Origin: the human T2T-CHM13v2.0 reference genome, Homo sapiens
Strand: one strand, 5' to 3'
Assembly (NCBI RefSeq): GCF_009914755.1
Contig: NC_060927.1
Length of the DNA stretch: 64,000 bases
Positions within the stretch are counted from its first letter, which is position 1, and each line of letters opens with the position of its first letter. A program made the position numbers and the translations under genes. This document shows positions 1-15,627 of this stretch, piece by piece. The notes beneath the pieces are model-generated. The model worked only from the letters and a program-made list of their open reading frames with translations. It had not been told where the DNA came from and ran no database searches.

Positions 1-1447
1 TATATTCCCCTCTAAATTGCTTATTCTGGTTAACAGCTCCCTATAATGTTGTCTTATGGTTTTTAGCTTCTTTGCATTGGGTTAGAAAATGCTCCTTTAC
101 CTCAACAAAGTTCATTATTACCCACCTTCTGTAGGCTACTTCTTTCAGTTTCTCCATCTCAACCTCAGCCCAGTTCTGTGTTCTTGCTGGAAGGGTGTTA
201 TGATAATTTGGATGAGAAGAGGCACTTGGCCTTTTTGAGTTTTCAGTGTTTTTTCATTAATTCTCATCTTCCTGAGTTTATCTAGCTTTAATCTTTGAGG
301 CTGCTGATATGTGGATGGGGTTTTTGTGGGGACTATTTTCTTGATGCTGTTGTTGTTGTTGCTTTCTATTTGTTTTTTGCTTAACAGTCAGGCCCCTCTT
401 CCATTAGGGCTGCTGCAGTTTCCTGGAGGTTCACTCCAGACCCTATTCATCTGGGTCTATCCTGCCCCTGGAGGTGTCACCAGTGGAGGCTGCAGAACAG
501 CAAAGATGGCTGCCTGCTCCTTCCTCTAGGATCTCTGTCTCAGAGGGGCACCAACCTAATACCAGCAGGAACACTCCTGTGTAAGTTGTCTGATGACCAC
601 TGCTTGGTGGTCTCTCCCAGTCAGTAGGCATGGGATCAGAAACCCACTTAACAAAGCTCTCTGGCTGCCCCTTGGTGGAAGGGGTGTGCTGCGCTGGAGG
701 GAATCACACTTCTCTGCCTAGATTCCTCAGATAAAGCAGGGGAAAAGTCTAAGCCCACTGATCCACAGGGACTGTGGCCACCCTACCCCTCAGGGGCTAC
801 GTTCCAGGGAGATCAGTGTTCTGTCCATAAACCCCTGACTGAAATTGCTGAAATTCCCACAGGGAGGCCTTGCCTGGTGGGGAGGAATAGATCTGGGTCT
901 GGCATAAAGAGGTGGTCTGGATCTGGCGTAAAGAGGCAGTCTGGCCACGATCTGCCACAGCTGCTGTGGTGCACTGTGGGGAATTTCTCCTGGGTCCAAA
1001 CTGTCCAGTCTCCCTGGCACTGGCAGGGGAAAACAGCTGGCTGAAGCTGCACTGATGGCAGCCACCCCTTTGCCCCAGGAACTTGGTAGTCTTGGGCAGC
1101 CTCCAGCTGAGCAGCCACTGAGAATCTACACAGCTCTGTGCTTGGGACCCAAGGCCCTGCTGATAGGGCTCACAAAGGGATCTTCTTATCCATGGGTTGC
1201 ACAGATCTGTGGAACATACATGGTTTCCTGGGTAGGGTAGCACAAGCACTCACTGCCTCCCTTGGCTGGGGGTGAGAGCTCCCCTTGCTCCCTGTGGCTC
1301 CCAGGTGGGCCATTTTGCCACCCAGCTTTTCCTCACTCTCCATGGTTCGGGCCAGCTGCCTAGTCAGTCCCAAGGAGAGGACCTGGATACCTTAGTTGCT
1401 GGGGGAGGATTCACTCACCGTTTCTTTCTTCTCAGTGGGAACCTCTG
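1..1447 (-). mobile_element. LINE-1 5' end (5'UTR plus start of ORF1) of an older L1PA/L1P element; the rest lies left of the window
   Basis: 1-330 aligns by eye with the ORF1 N-terminal region of the L1PA7 at ~60670-60990 (TTGCATTGG.TTAGAA.ATGCTCCTTTA; TTATTACCCACCTTCTG). GC-rich L1 5'UTR-type sequence follows to ~1447, then an abrupt switch to AT-rich DNA. Confidence 0.85.
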
Positions 1448-2349
1448 CTTAAATAAATATTATTTAATGAGAATTGCAGAGGCAAAAAGTTCTATATTAT
1501 TCATGTACAGTTTCCAAAGAACCATGGCATTGTGAGTAATAACAGCATTGCTAACCTATTTTTTAAATTGGAAGGTATGAGATTCACCAGGAATGACACA
1601 TACAATCATTCCTGCATAAAGAATAGGTCCTAGACCTGAAGAGAGAGAGAGGTGCCTGACTGAATAATATACAGGTGTGCAGGTGATTTTGCCTGAGGTT
1701 TGCAAACCCTAAGAAATCATATTCCTATTCCTTCTAATGCTTTCAAATTTTCTATTTCATTGTTAATATTCTTTGTCTTTGCAAATGACATTCTTCGTCA
1801 TTGTGAGGAAAATTATAGGTAACACCATGAATCCAAGGTAAAATCAAATACGATATTTAATGGAATTGGGTTCAATATAATTATACTTATATTGATTACA
1901 TACTAAAAGACTACACGTAGTGCGAATGAAGAATTTATTTTAGTATTTTTTATACTAGTGAATAATAGAAAGCCATCTAAATAGCTAAATACACAGATGA
2001 AAAGGAAGTCATTGTAGAAGCAATTCTGAACTATCAGAATAGCAACAAGATAAATGCTTGTGTTACAGTTTTTAAAAGCAATATCACTATAAAATATATT
2101 TATTAAAGAATATATACAATGTTTAAATCTATTACTTTAATCATCATAAAATTGGTGCTTATTACTCAATTTAAGATATATATTTTTATAAACATTAAAG
2201 CCTTTTTATGCCCATATCATATCTCATATCCTCTCCTAAGAAATACATGCTATTTTAAATCTAACATTAATATTTCTTTGACTTTTTATACTTTTAATAT
2301 AATATCTTTGTATTTATAAACAAAACCTATGTATTTTGATCATTTGCTC

Positions 2350-4470
2350 TTTAGTAATGTGTAGTTTATTTTTGCCTCATTTTGACATTTCTATATAGTG
2401 CTCCTTTATGATTATTTTCCTCAATCATATATTTTGTTTAGTTGTTGATCCATGTTGATATTTGTAGACTTCGCTTATTTTAGTGCTGTTAGTATTATTT
2501 AGTACTAATATACTAAAACAAATTTATTTTTTTGTCCCCAGCTTTTGCTATTAGAAATAATGCTGCTATAAACATGAACATGTCTCAGTTCATTTAAATT
2601 CCAGTTTTTCCTTGGTTATGTATCCAGGAGTGAATTGCTAAATTTTAGGACATGCAACTCTTTAATTTTACATGATGATGCCAAATTGTTCTCAAACTAC
2701 TGTGTCAAATTGCAAACGCACCAGCAATAACTGATAGTTCCTACTCTTTCACATCTCTTCTGCTCTTGCTTTGTCAGAATTTCTAATTTTTGCTCATTTC
2801 GATATTTACCTAATCCATGTGACTGCAAATCAGATGAATAATTACCGTAAGCATAATAACTTTTCTAGTGAATTTAATATAGCTGGATTTTCTCCTTTTT
2901 CACAAATGGTTGCTTCAAAACATCTTACTCTGTTGTCCTCTCACTTTATATAACACTCAAGCTTAAGATAGTTAGACACACATTTTTGTCGGTCATTTGT
3001 GTGTGAAATGACATCTCATTGGGGCTTGAACTAACATTTCCATGTTTGCTAATGAGATTTGTCAGTCGCCTGCTTTTTGTTGAGTAGTTTTTCTTTTTTC
3101 TTCTTTAATTTATAGATATCTGTTGGAGGCTTATTAGTGATGTAAATATAGGTTTCCAATTTTTAACTTCTCTCCACTTACCTTATAAATCTTTGCATGA
3201 AAATAATCTTGTCATCATGAAAACTATTTATTTTAATTTAAGGTTTCAGCTTGTTTTATTTTGAGGACATTAAATATTCTCTTTAGACTTTCATATTCAG
3301 GTCTTCAATGCAAAGGGAAGAATTTGTATTAATGGTGAGAAAAAGTTAATCAATTTTATTTTTATACGAATATATAATGTTGTCAACATTTATTATCCTT
3401 TCTAAACTGATATGAAAAACTATCAAGTAGTAATATAAATGTGTTTGTTTCTTGGCCGAATATTTGCTATTGGTTTTTCTATTCTTGAACTAATACCACA
3501 TTGCTTTATTATTATCATACATTTATAAAAAGATTTGATAACTAGTAAAGTGTTTTTTTAGAATCAGCTTACTATTTTCCACACAATCTTAAGAAGTTGC
3601 TTTAGCTTGCCTTATAGAGATGATCTGAGAATTTACATTTATACACATTATATGTTTATGTCTTTTTAATGCCATTCAAATTGTTTATTATTTTCTCCAT
3701 GATTATTTTTCCCATTTTTTGCTAGATTTATTTCCATATATTTTATTTTTTAAAACATATTCTTGTGATACGATAGAAGCAGTTACAATATGCAACCACC
3801 ACCCATGTCAGGAAAGAAAGCGCTGAGAACCACCCTAGAATTTCCTCCATGTGTTCTACCCTAATCTTACCTCTCTTAATTTTTTCAGTCAGCACTATCC
3901 TTTTATAATAATTTACTTCCTTTAATTTCTTCAAAATGTTTTTGCCTAATATATTTCCCTAGATACCATAATTAAGTCTTGCCCACTGAAAATCAGTGCC
4001 TTTTAAGTCTGCTTTACTCTTTAGGTTCTCCTTCCTTCCCCTTTATCTTTCTTAGAATGTATTTATTGAAAACCAGAGGAAATTTAATCTGTAGATCTTT
4101 TCAGTGTGGATTTTGCTGAATGATTAGCATATGATGGGGTTTGACATAATCTTCTGTCATTTGTTTTTCTTAAAATTGGCGGCAGGATCCAGGGGCTTTA
4201 CTAGATTCATGATCAGTTCCTTTGGAGACACTACAGCTTTTCCTTAACTAGAGGTTTATAATGTCTGCTTGTCTTTCTTTTTGTGATATTAAATCTGTTG
4301 ATACTCCATAACTATGTTGGCTAATTTGGAAGATAAAAGGCAATACTATGCTAACTCTGTATATTTTTATTTAACAAGAATTTTTCATAAGAAACTACTT
4401 TCCTTTAATATTGTTTACTTAGGTAGGAAGGATAAAAAACATATCTGAACCTTTCTGTTTTTTATTAGCT
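2350..4470 (-). mobile_element. Fragmented ancient L1M (L1MC/ME-like) 3' region
   Basis: Degenerate L1 antisense motifs, e.g. TTTTGCTATTAGAAATAATGCTGCTATAAACAT...CCAGGAGTGAATTGCT, GTGAAATGACATCTCATTG, TAATACCACATTGCTTTATTATTAT. Boundaries approximate. Confidence 0.55.
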
Positions 4471-4486
4471 GTCAAAAATTGAGTTA

Positions 4487-6210
4487 GTCTTTTGCACGTT
4501 AATTTGTTTCCATTCTCTATAGATTCTGGATTTGAGCATTTTTCAGATGCAATGTTTGTGAATATCTTCTCCCATTCTGTAGGTTATCTGTTTGCTCTGT
4601 TGATGGTTTATTTTGCTGTGCTAGAGCTCTTTAGTTTAATTACGTTCCACTTTATTTTTGTTTTTGTTGCAGTTGCTTTTGGGAACTTACTAAGTATTCT
4701 TTGCAAAGGCCAATGTTGAGAAGAGCATATCCTAGGTTGTCTTACAGGATTTTTACATTTTGAGATCTTACATTTTTAATGAATTTTGATTTAATTTTTG
4801 TATATGGTGAGAGGTAGGGGATCCAGCATCAATCTTCTACATATAGTAAGCTACTTATCCAAGCACTATTCATTGAACAGGGAGTCCTTTCCCTATTGCT
4901 TAATATTGACAGTGAGGTGTTATTTTTGTTCACCTTTTTGAGAATCAGATGGCTGTAGGTGTATGACTTTATATCTGAGTTTTCTATTCTGTTCCATTGG
5001 TCTACATATCTGCTTTTGTAACAGTACTATGCTGTTTTTGTTACTGTGGCTTTATAGTATAGTTTGAAGACAGGTACTGTGAGGCCTCCAGTTTTGGTCT
5101 TTTTGCTTAGGATTGCCTTTGCTATTTGGGCTTTTTGTTTGTTTGTTTCATATGAATTGCTGAATAGTTTTTTCTAATTCTGTGAAAAATGTCATTAGTA
5201 GTTTTATAGGAATAGCAATCAATCTGTAGATTGCTTTGGGCAGTATGGCCATTTTGATGATATTGATTCTTCCAATTCATGAGCATGGAATGTTTTTCCA
5301 TTCATTTGTGTGACTGCTGATTTCTTATAACCCAATTAAAAAATACACAAAGGACATAAACAGATACTTCTTAAAAGAAGACATACAAATAGCCAACAAA
5401 CATATGAAAAAATGACCAGCATCCATAGTCACCAGAGAAATGCAAATCAAAACCACAAGATACCATCTCACAACAGTCAGAGTGGCTATTATTAAAAAGT
5501 CATAAAAAAACAGATGTTGGCAAAGCTGCAGAGAAAAGGGAACACTTAAACACTGTTGATGGGAATGTAAATTAGTTCCGCCACTGCAGATAGCAGTTTG
5601 GAGATTTCTCGTAGAACTTAAAGCAGAGTTATGATTTGACCCAGCAATCCTGTTATTGGATATATACCCAAAAGTAAATAAGATATTCTACTAAAAAGAC
5701 ACATGCATTTGCATGATCATCCCTGCTCTATTCACAATAGCAAAGACGAGGAATCAACCCAGGTGCCCATCAATGATAAATTGGATTAAAAAAATGTGGT
5801 ACATAAACACCAAGGAATACTTTGTAGCCATAAAAAAGAATGAAATTATGTCTTTTGCAACAACATAGATGAAGCTGGAGGCCATGATACTAAGCAATAT
5901 TAACACATGAACAGGAAAACACATACCGCATGTTCTTACTTATAAGTGGGAGTTAAGCACTGAGCACACATAAAGATAAGTATGGGAACAGTAGACACTA
6001 TGGACTACTGTTAGTCATAGAGAGTGGAGGGAAAGGGCAGTGGGTTAAAAAAAAAAACTATGCTCTATTAAAGAAAAACCATAGTAGGCACTATGTTCAT
6101 TATCACGATAATGGGATCTGTAATCCAAACCTCAGCATCACACAATATTCCCATGTAACAAATCTGTGCATGTATATTCTGTATCTACAAGTTGAAATTT
6201 AAAAAAAAGG
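4487..6210 (+). mobile_element. 5'-truncated L1 (L1PA16/17-like) with 5' inversion; 4487-~5326 inverted, ~5327-6210 sense to the A-tail
   Basis: Antisense ORF2 sequence switches to sense at ~5326. L1 3'UTR and A tract end at ~6208. TSD AATTGAGTTA at 4477-4486 and 6211-6220. Confidence 0.85.
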
Positions 6211-7054
6211 AATTGAGTTACTTCTTTAACATTATTGGTAGGCAAAATATTTTAATAACGTTATGAAATCATGGATATAAGTATGTTTGGTAAATTTCAG
6301 TCTATTACAATTTTTTTTTGAGGCTCATGATGTCTCATGTTTCCAACGGTCACAGCCTCTGAAAGTTGGTTCTGAGCCCTTTTGACAGGATTCTAGTGGT
6401 CTTTGATAATGTCCTTAATCTTATATTCCAACTCATCTTGTATAATTTCTGTCACAGACCTAAAATCTGCCATTTCTCCAAGAAAGACTTAATATTCTTT
6501 GGGGAGAATATTCTAAACAGAGAATCTCTTTGTCATTGGGCTAATCAATGTTTCTAGGCCTCTTCTGTGGACAGCAATTTCTTTCTGTTTCCAATGTCTC
6601 TTTCTATCTGTCTATGACTATCTATAGCTCTTTCATTTTGTGTGAAAGCTGTTGATGTTCTATGACTAGATTAGTTGAGAGATTCAAAATGTCTCTGTCA
6701 CAAACACAATTCACAAGAGCAAAACACATCATGCATGCATATGTGTGTGTGTGTGTGTTAAAATAAATATTAAAGAAAAGGTGCATCAAGAGTTTCTACT
6801 GATACTTTTAACCCTAATATAAAACTATGGGTTTTTTACTTACCCTTTTCTCTATTGCGTCTTTATGTCTCTTCCTCCACAAGAAAATCCTAACTCTTAA
6901 TGATAGATAATGATAAAAGGAGAGTATCATATGATGGCTCATTTACTGTATTCAGTATTAAACACATGACAGTTTCAAAATGGCAATACTAATATTACCC
7001 CTCCAGTATAATGACTAAGAACAGTGAATTTTGTTTTGCATATGTTTTCCTCAT

Positions 7055-9530
<2,476 letters not shown>

Positions 9531-9599
9531 CAAATAATCCTTTTTGATTACAGTTCCAGTAGGGCTACAAGGTTTTACTTATTATTTTCAAGCCTAAAA

Positions 9600-10400
9600 T
9601 TTGTCACTCAAGTCTTTTCTGCATTACAGTTTTGCTCTTTGGAACTCAACTGTTGGTCTAATTTTCATTTTGTATCTTGTTTTATTTTTGGTAGGTGCAC
9701 AGTCTTCCTTTTCTGACAGCTTTCAAAATTGTGTGTGTGGCTGTGCATGTATGTTTGTGTTACAGTTTCTATTCAATATGTCTACGTGAAAGTATTTCTT
9801 GTAATTCACTAAGTTTCCTGAATCTGATAATTTATATTTTTCATAACTTTGATAATTTTTATATATTATTTATTAGAATATTGCCACTCTTTTGTTCTTA
9901 ATATACTTTAAAAAAACTCTCTAAAGTTTTAGTTAGACGTGTTAAATTTTATCACTCTATCCACATTGTTTCAACTTGTCCTATATATTTTCCAACTCTT
10001 TGTCTATCTGTGCCCAGTTATGAGTAGTTTCTATAGGTCTGCATTCTAGTTCCATAATTCTCTTTTTCAATTAGTCTAATCTTTTCACCTGGTCTAATCT
10101 TTTCACCTTTTAAAACAACTCAAATATTGTTGCTGTCTTCACTTATCTTATTTTTCATTTACAGAGATTCTGACTGGTTCTCTTCCAATTCTGTTTATTT
10201 TGACAGTTTTATGTTTCATTATTCTTTTTTGATTACTTCTTTTATACTTTGAACACTTTATACATATTTATTTTATATTGTGATCAGATAATTCCTGCAC
10301 TTTCTGACTTAAATCATCTTATTATTTGTTTTTCTTATCTCCCTTTCTCTGATTTATGATCTTATTTTTCTCATGTGTTTGTGGTGTTTATGAATTTTTA
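9600..10400 (-). mobile_element. Ancient L1M (ORF1-region) fragment
   Basis: T-rich degenerate antisense L1 ORF1-type sequence (e.g. TCTGCATTCTAGTTCCATAATTCTCTTTTCAATTAGTCTAATCT). Confidence 0.5.
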
Positions 10401-11279
10401 TTTCTTGAAAAATAAAATTCTTTATTTGAAAGAATTTATTCTTAAGAATTTATTTATTCTTAATAAGCACATTTATTTATTTGAGGAAAATATTTTACTT
10501 TTTAATAGTTACTACCCTGGTTGTGGTGGACACTAAAACTCCCGTTTACTTCTATTCAATATCATCTTTATTTGCTACAAAAACATGAGTTATATTTTAG
10601 AGCTTTTAGTGCCATATATTTAGCTTGACATTTAACCCCAAAATTACTTGAAAAAGTGCTTACAATAAAAAAATTTCAGGATAAACTTAATTTTATCTAA
10701 CTCAGAACAGAGCCTGAGTCAGGTAAATTTATTCACTATTTCCATCAGCCATGCAAGTTGCATTCTGGTGTAACTTTTAAATACGTTTTTTATTAGGTTT
10801 CTTGGCTTTAAGCAGGGTTCATCAATTTTGATCTCCCTTAGTACAGTAGAACCAGACTTTACCTTGTATTCATCATGGAAAATCTATTAAAATCCAAGCT
10901 AGCAGTACAGAGACTACCACTTATCAGTATAATCCCTCAGCACAAACAATGACTTAGTAGCCATTTCTTCTCTTGATTCATAGTTTTGTCTTATTTTGTT
11001 TCTAATGCCTTAGGTAATATTTCTTCCATGTGAGTCATGCATCTTAAAATAATTTTAACTAAAATATTAAGTAGTCTATACAAAGAAGTTTTCTCTGGTT
11101 ATCAGTTTGTTCACATTGAGAGAACAAGTCATATTTTCACTATTCTTTGAGCAAGCAGAATCCACTCTAAGCCATTTTGTCTTCCATATACACTCATTTT
11201 GTGCTAGGAATGTAAATCCTATCTCTATCAAGTGCATATTTTATATTTTAGGCTCAACATTTGAAATTCTTATTGCATG

Positions 11280-11600
11280 GTTAATATGTATTGTATAGGG
11301 TATTTAAAAATAACATGTCTAAGACAATTTTTGGCTGTTCTCCCATTAAGTTGACCAACCACAGTTTTCACCACTTTAATAAACAGCATCTCTATTCTGT
11401 CTTTTATACAGATCAAAATGTTAGAAATCACCCTTTATACTTCACTCTAACAATGCACATTTAATGCATCAGCAAATCTTGCTCACTTTAGCTTTAAAGT
11501 GAATTCAAATTTCTACCAATTTACCTTACTCACACCGTGAGCAACTGTCTGTCTTTCCATTCTCATCTTACACTTCCTGCTTTGCACATCACAAAAGTGT
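11280..11600 (+). mobile_element. L2 fragment
   Basis: Degenerate L2-like motifs (AACATGTCTAA; CAAAATGTTAGAAATCACCCTT; CATCAGCAAATCTTG). Confidence 0.45.
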
Positions 11601-11839
11601 TGTCAAGGCTAACAGGAACCACTAAGACATGTTGAGGCACACAGAGGATAAAAATAACTGAAATCAGCTATTATTCTAAACCAAAAGGAGAGCGGTAATA
11701 GAAACTGTCTGAGGATATCTGGAGCTCTAAGTAAGGGCTGCCTTAGAAGAGCTGTGTTTTCAATAGAAAAGCATGATCTCTGGCAATTTATGGCCTGATG
11801 AAGAGTGGACAAGAAAAAAAAAAAAACTCCATCATCATT

Positions 11840-13320
<1,481 letters not shown>

Positions 13321-13549
13321 CCTCCATCATCATTCTCTCCCAATTAGCTGATCTTCTAAAAGTACTTTCCATTTTCTCAACCATAACGGAACTGAAAGGG
13401 CATGGGAACCTATTTTAAACAGCATCCTGAGACACAGTGTAGGGTAAAATATTTGCAGAGGCAGGAAAAAAAAAATAACCAGTCAGTATATCTAATTTTA
13501 TGTTACGAACATACATGAATCACAGAACAGTTTTTTCACTCAAGTGTTA

Positions 13550-13810
13550 TATATTAAATGCCAAGAATATCTCTAGCACTCTTCTGCACACTGGGGATGC
13601 AGCAGTAACCAGGACAGACCATATAATCTGCACTCAGTTAAGAAGGAAACCATTGAAAAAATGAACAAACAAAGAAGTAATATCATATTACATAATATTT
13701 GATATAAACAGAAATATTGATATGCAAGATGGTATTTGAATAAAATGTAGTAAATACATCAAACCTTGAACATTGGGAAGAGAAATGTTCTAGGCAGAGG
13801 CACGGAGATA
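13550..13810 (-). mobile_element. L2 3' fragment
   Basis: CACTGGGGATGCAGCAGTAACCAGGACAGAC and GAAATGTTCTAGGCAGAGG are L2 antisense-type motifs. Confidence 0.5.
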
Positions 13811-13899
13811 AAAATAAATACTCCTGATTCCTTGTAGATCAGATGAATACAAATTATTTTTGATATTATATTAAACCATTCTTTCACAGATATGATCTC

Positions 13900-14010
13900 A
13901 TCTAATAGTCTCATTTACAAATGAGACTGTTATACCTAATTAGTAAAGTGTATGATTGGGGCTTGGCATACTGTCTGCTATATGGTAAAAGCTCAATAAA
14001 TATTGCAAGT
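13900..14010. mobile_element. MIR fragment
   Basis: CTCATTTACAAATGAG core and 3'-type TGGTAAAAGCTCAATAAATATT. Confidence 0.5.
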
Positions 14011-14854
14011 TCTTTTTTTTTCATTATTGTTTTTATTTTGATGATGTGATGATTACTGCATTTCAAGGCCAAGGCTATTTTATTGACTGCAACCTATTAA
14101 AATGTAAGAGAGTAATAAAAAAAAGAGAATAATATTAATTAATTCAGACTATATCTCTACATAGAGCTGGAAAAATATTATAAAAAATATATTTTGCAGT
14201 TAAATTGAGTATCTTTCATATAGATAAGCTAGATCACATATATTTAATGAAGCAATATAACTAGCATTATTCACTAGTAGTTCTGTTACCAAATACAATC
14301 TTAAGTAATTTAATGAATTCCAGTGTCATCAGTCTGGTGACATTTTAAAATTTAAATTCCAATACACTTTGATTACAGAGTCCAAAATTATCTTTGCTAC
14401 TAAAAAATAACATTTTATATCATAAGAGCACGTCTGTGATAAACATTGAAACGTGTATTATTGAAAAGGAGTTATTCTTAGCATTTTCTCCTACGTGATC
14501 TACCCTTTCTTATTTCTTCTCTTTTCTCTTAACATTATTTCCTTTTTAAATTATCGTTAGACTATATTATGTTCTCTCGCATTACTTTTTGCAATTAGTT
14601 AAGATAGTTCTATTAATGGCTGTAGATTACAGACTAAATTTATCTAAGTATTTATGAGTGCTTACTAACTATACATGGTTTGTGTTTTATAAATGGTCTC
14701 ATACCACAATTAGTTTTATGATCCAGTGAGACAAATTGCTAAATATATTTTCTAATTACAAAATAATAATTTATCTCATTCGTTTTTTAAATATTTCACT
14801 TTGGAGAAACCCCTTTGAGTTACTAACAAGTGTATATGGTGAAATAAGGTCGTC

Positions 14855-14876
14855 AACAACAACAACAACAACAACT
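14855..14876 (+). repeat. (CAA)7 microsatellite
   Basis: Direct reading. Confidence 0.9.
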
Positions 14877-14899
14877 GCTAAGCTTATTTTTTCCTTTAC

Positions 14900-15100
14900 C
14901 CATTAAGTACTTCATAGTTATTATATCTCATAACTTAACCCTTATGATAACATGATTAGCTATTTTATTCCTATTTTGCAGATAAAAATACTGAGGGCAT
15001 GAAAAAGTAAGTACTTAACTGAGTTACAGTGCTACTAGGTACACTACTTTAGATTTGTATCTGTAGTCCATCTGCAACCCAAGCCCAAGCATTTACACTC
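14900..15100 (-). mobile_element. MIR
   Basis: Core ATTTTGCAGATAAAAATACTGAGG...AAGTAAGTACTTAACTGAGTTACA resembles antisense MIR. Confidence 0.65.
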
Positions 15101-15627
15101 AGGTTCACTATCAGTGATATTCATAACTATTCATAAGATATTCATAACTCTTAGGATCAGAAATACTGGCACACAGGCACATACTTTTCCAAGCATTCTA
15201 GGAATGATTTACTTTCTAAACTTTTTTCAAAATGACTTTTTATTTTTATTTTTCCTATGGTGTCTGGTAATTTCTTAAGTATTAATTTATTAAGTGTACT
15301 TTAGTGGTATAATGGATGCATCTGCAATGCTAATTGTAGAGAGAATTACTCTTCAAGTAATTACTGCATAACTTTTCCTCTAAGGAAATCAAAATAATAT
15401 ACTTTGGTCTTAGGTTAATTTTTATCTCAAACATCGATTGAGTTAGCTTGACAACACATGTAATTTTATGTTTACGTTTTTAAAATTAGTTAAAATATAA
15501 ACTAATAAAATGTTCTCTAGCATGGAGAAGATAATAAAACATATTTTGAAATTACTTACATAGATTATATTCAAAATCTTATGTCGTTTATTTATGTTTC
15601 TTTCTAATTTAAATTATAAATTGTATG

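Noticed and set aside
311-1535. Cluster of overlapping ORFs up to 150 aa
   Set aside because: They lie in a GC-rich L1 5'UTR, show no recognisable domain, and are expected by chance.
10074-10108. 18-bp tandem duplication (GTCTAATCTTTTCACCT); similar micro-duplications at ~15117-15149 and ~30911-30944
   Set aside because: Ordinary slippage duplications with no further structure.
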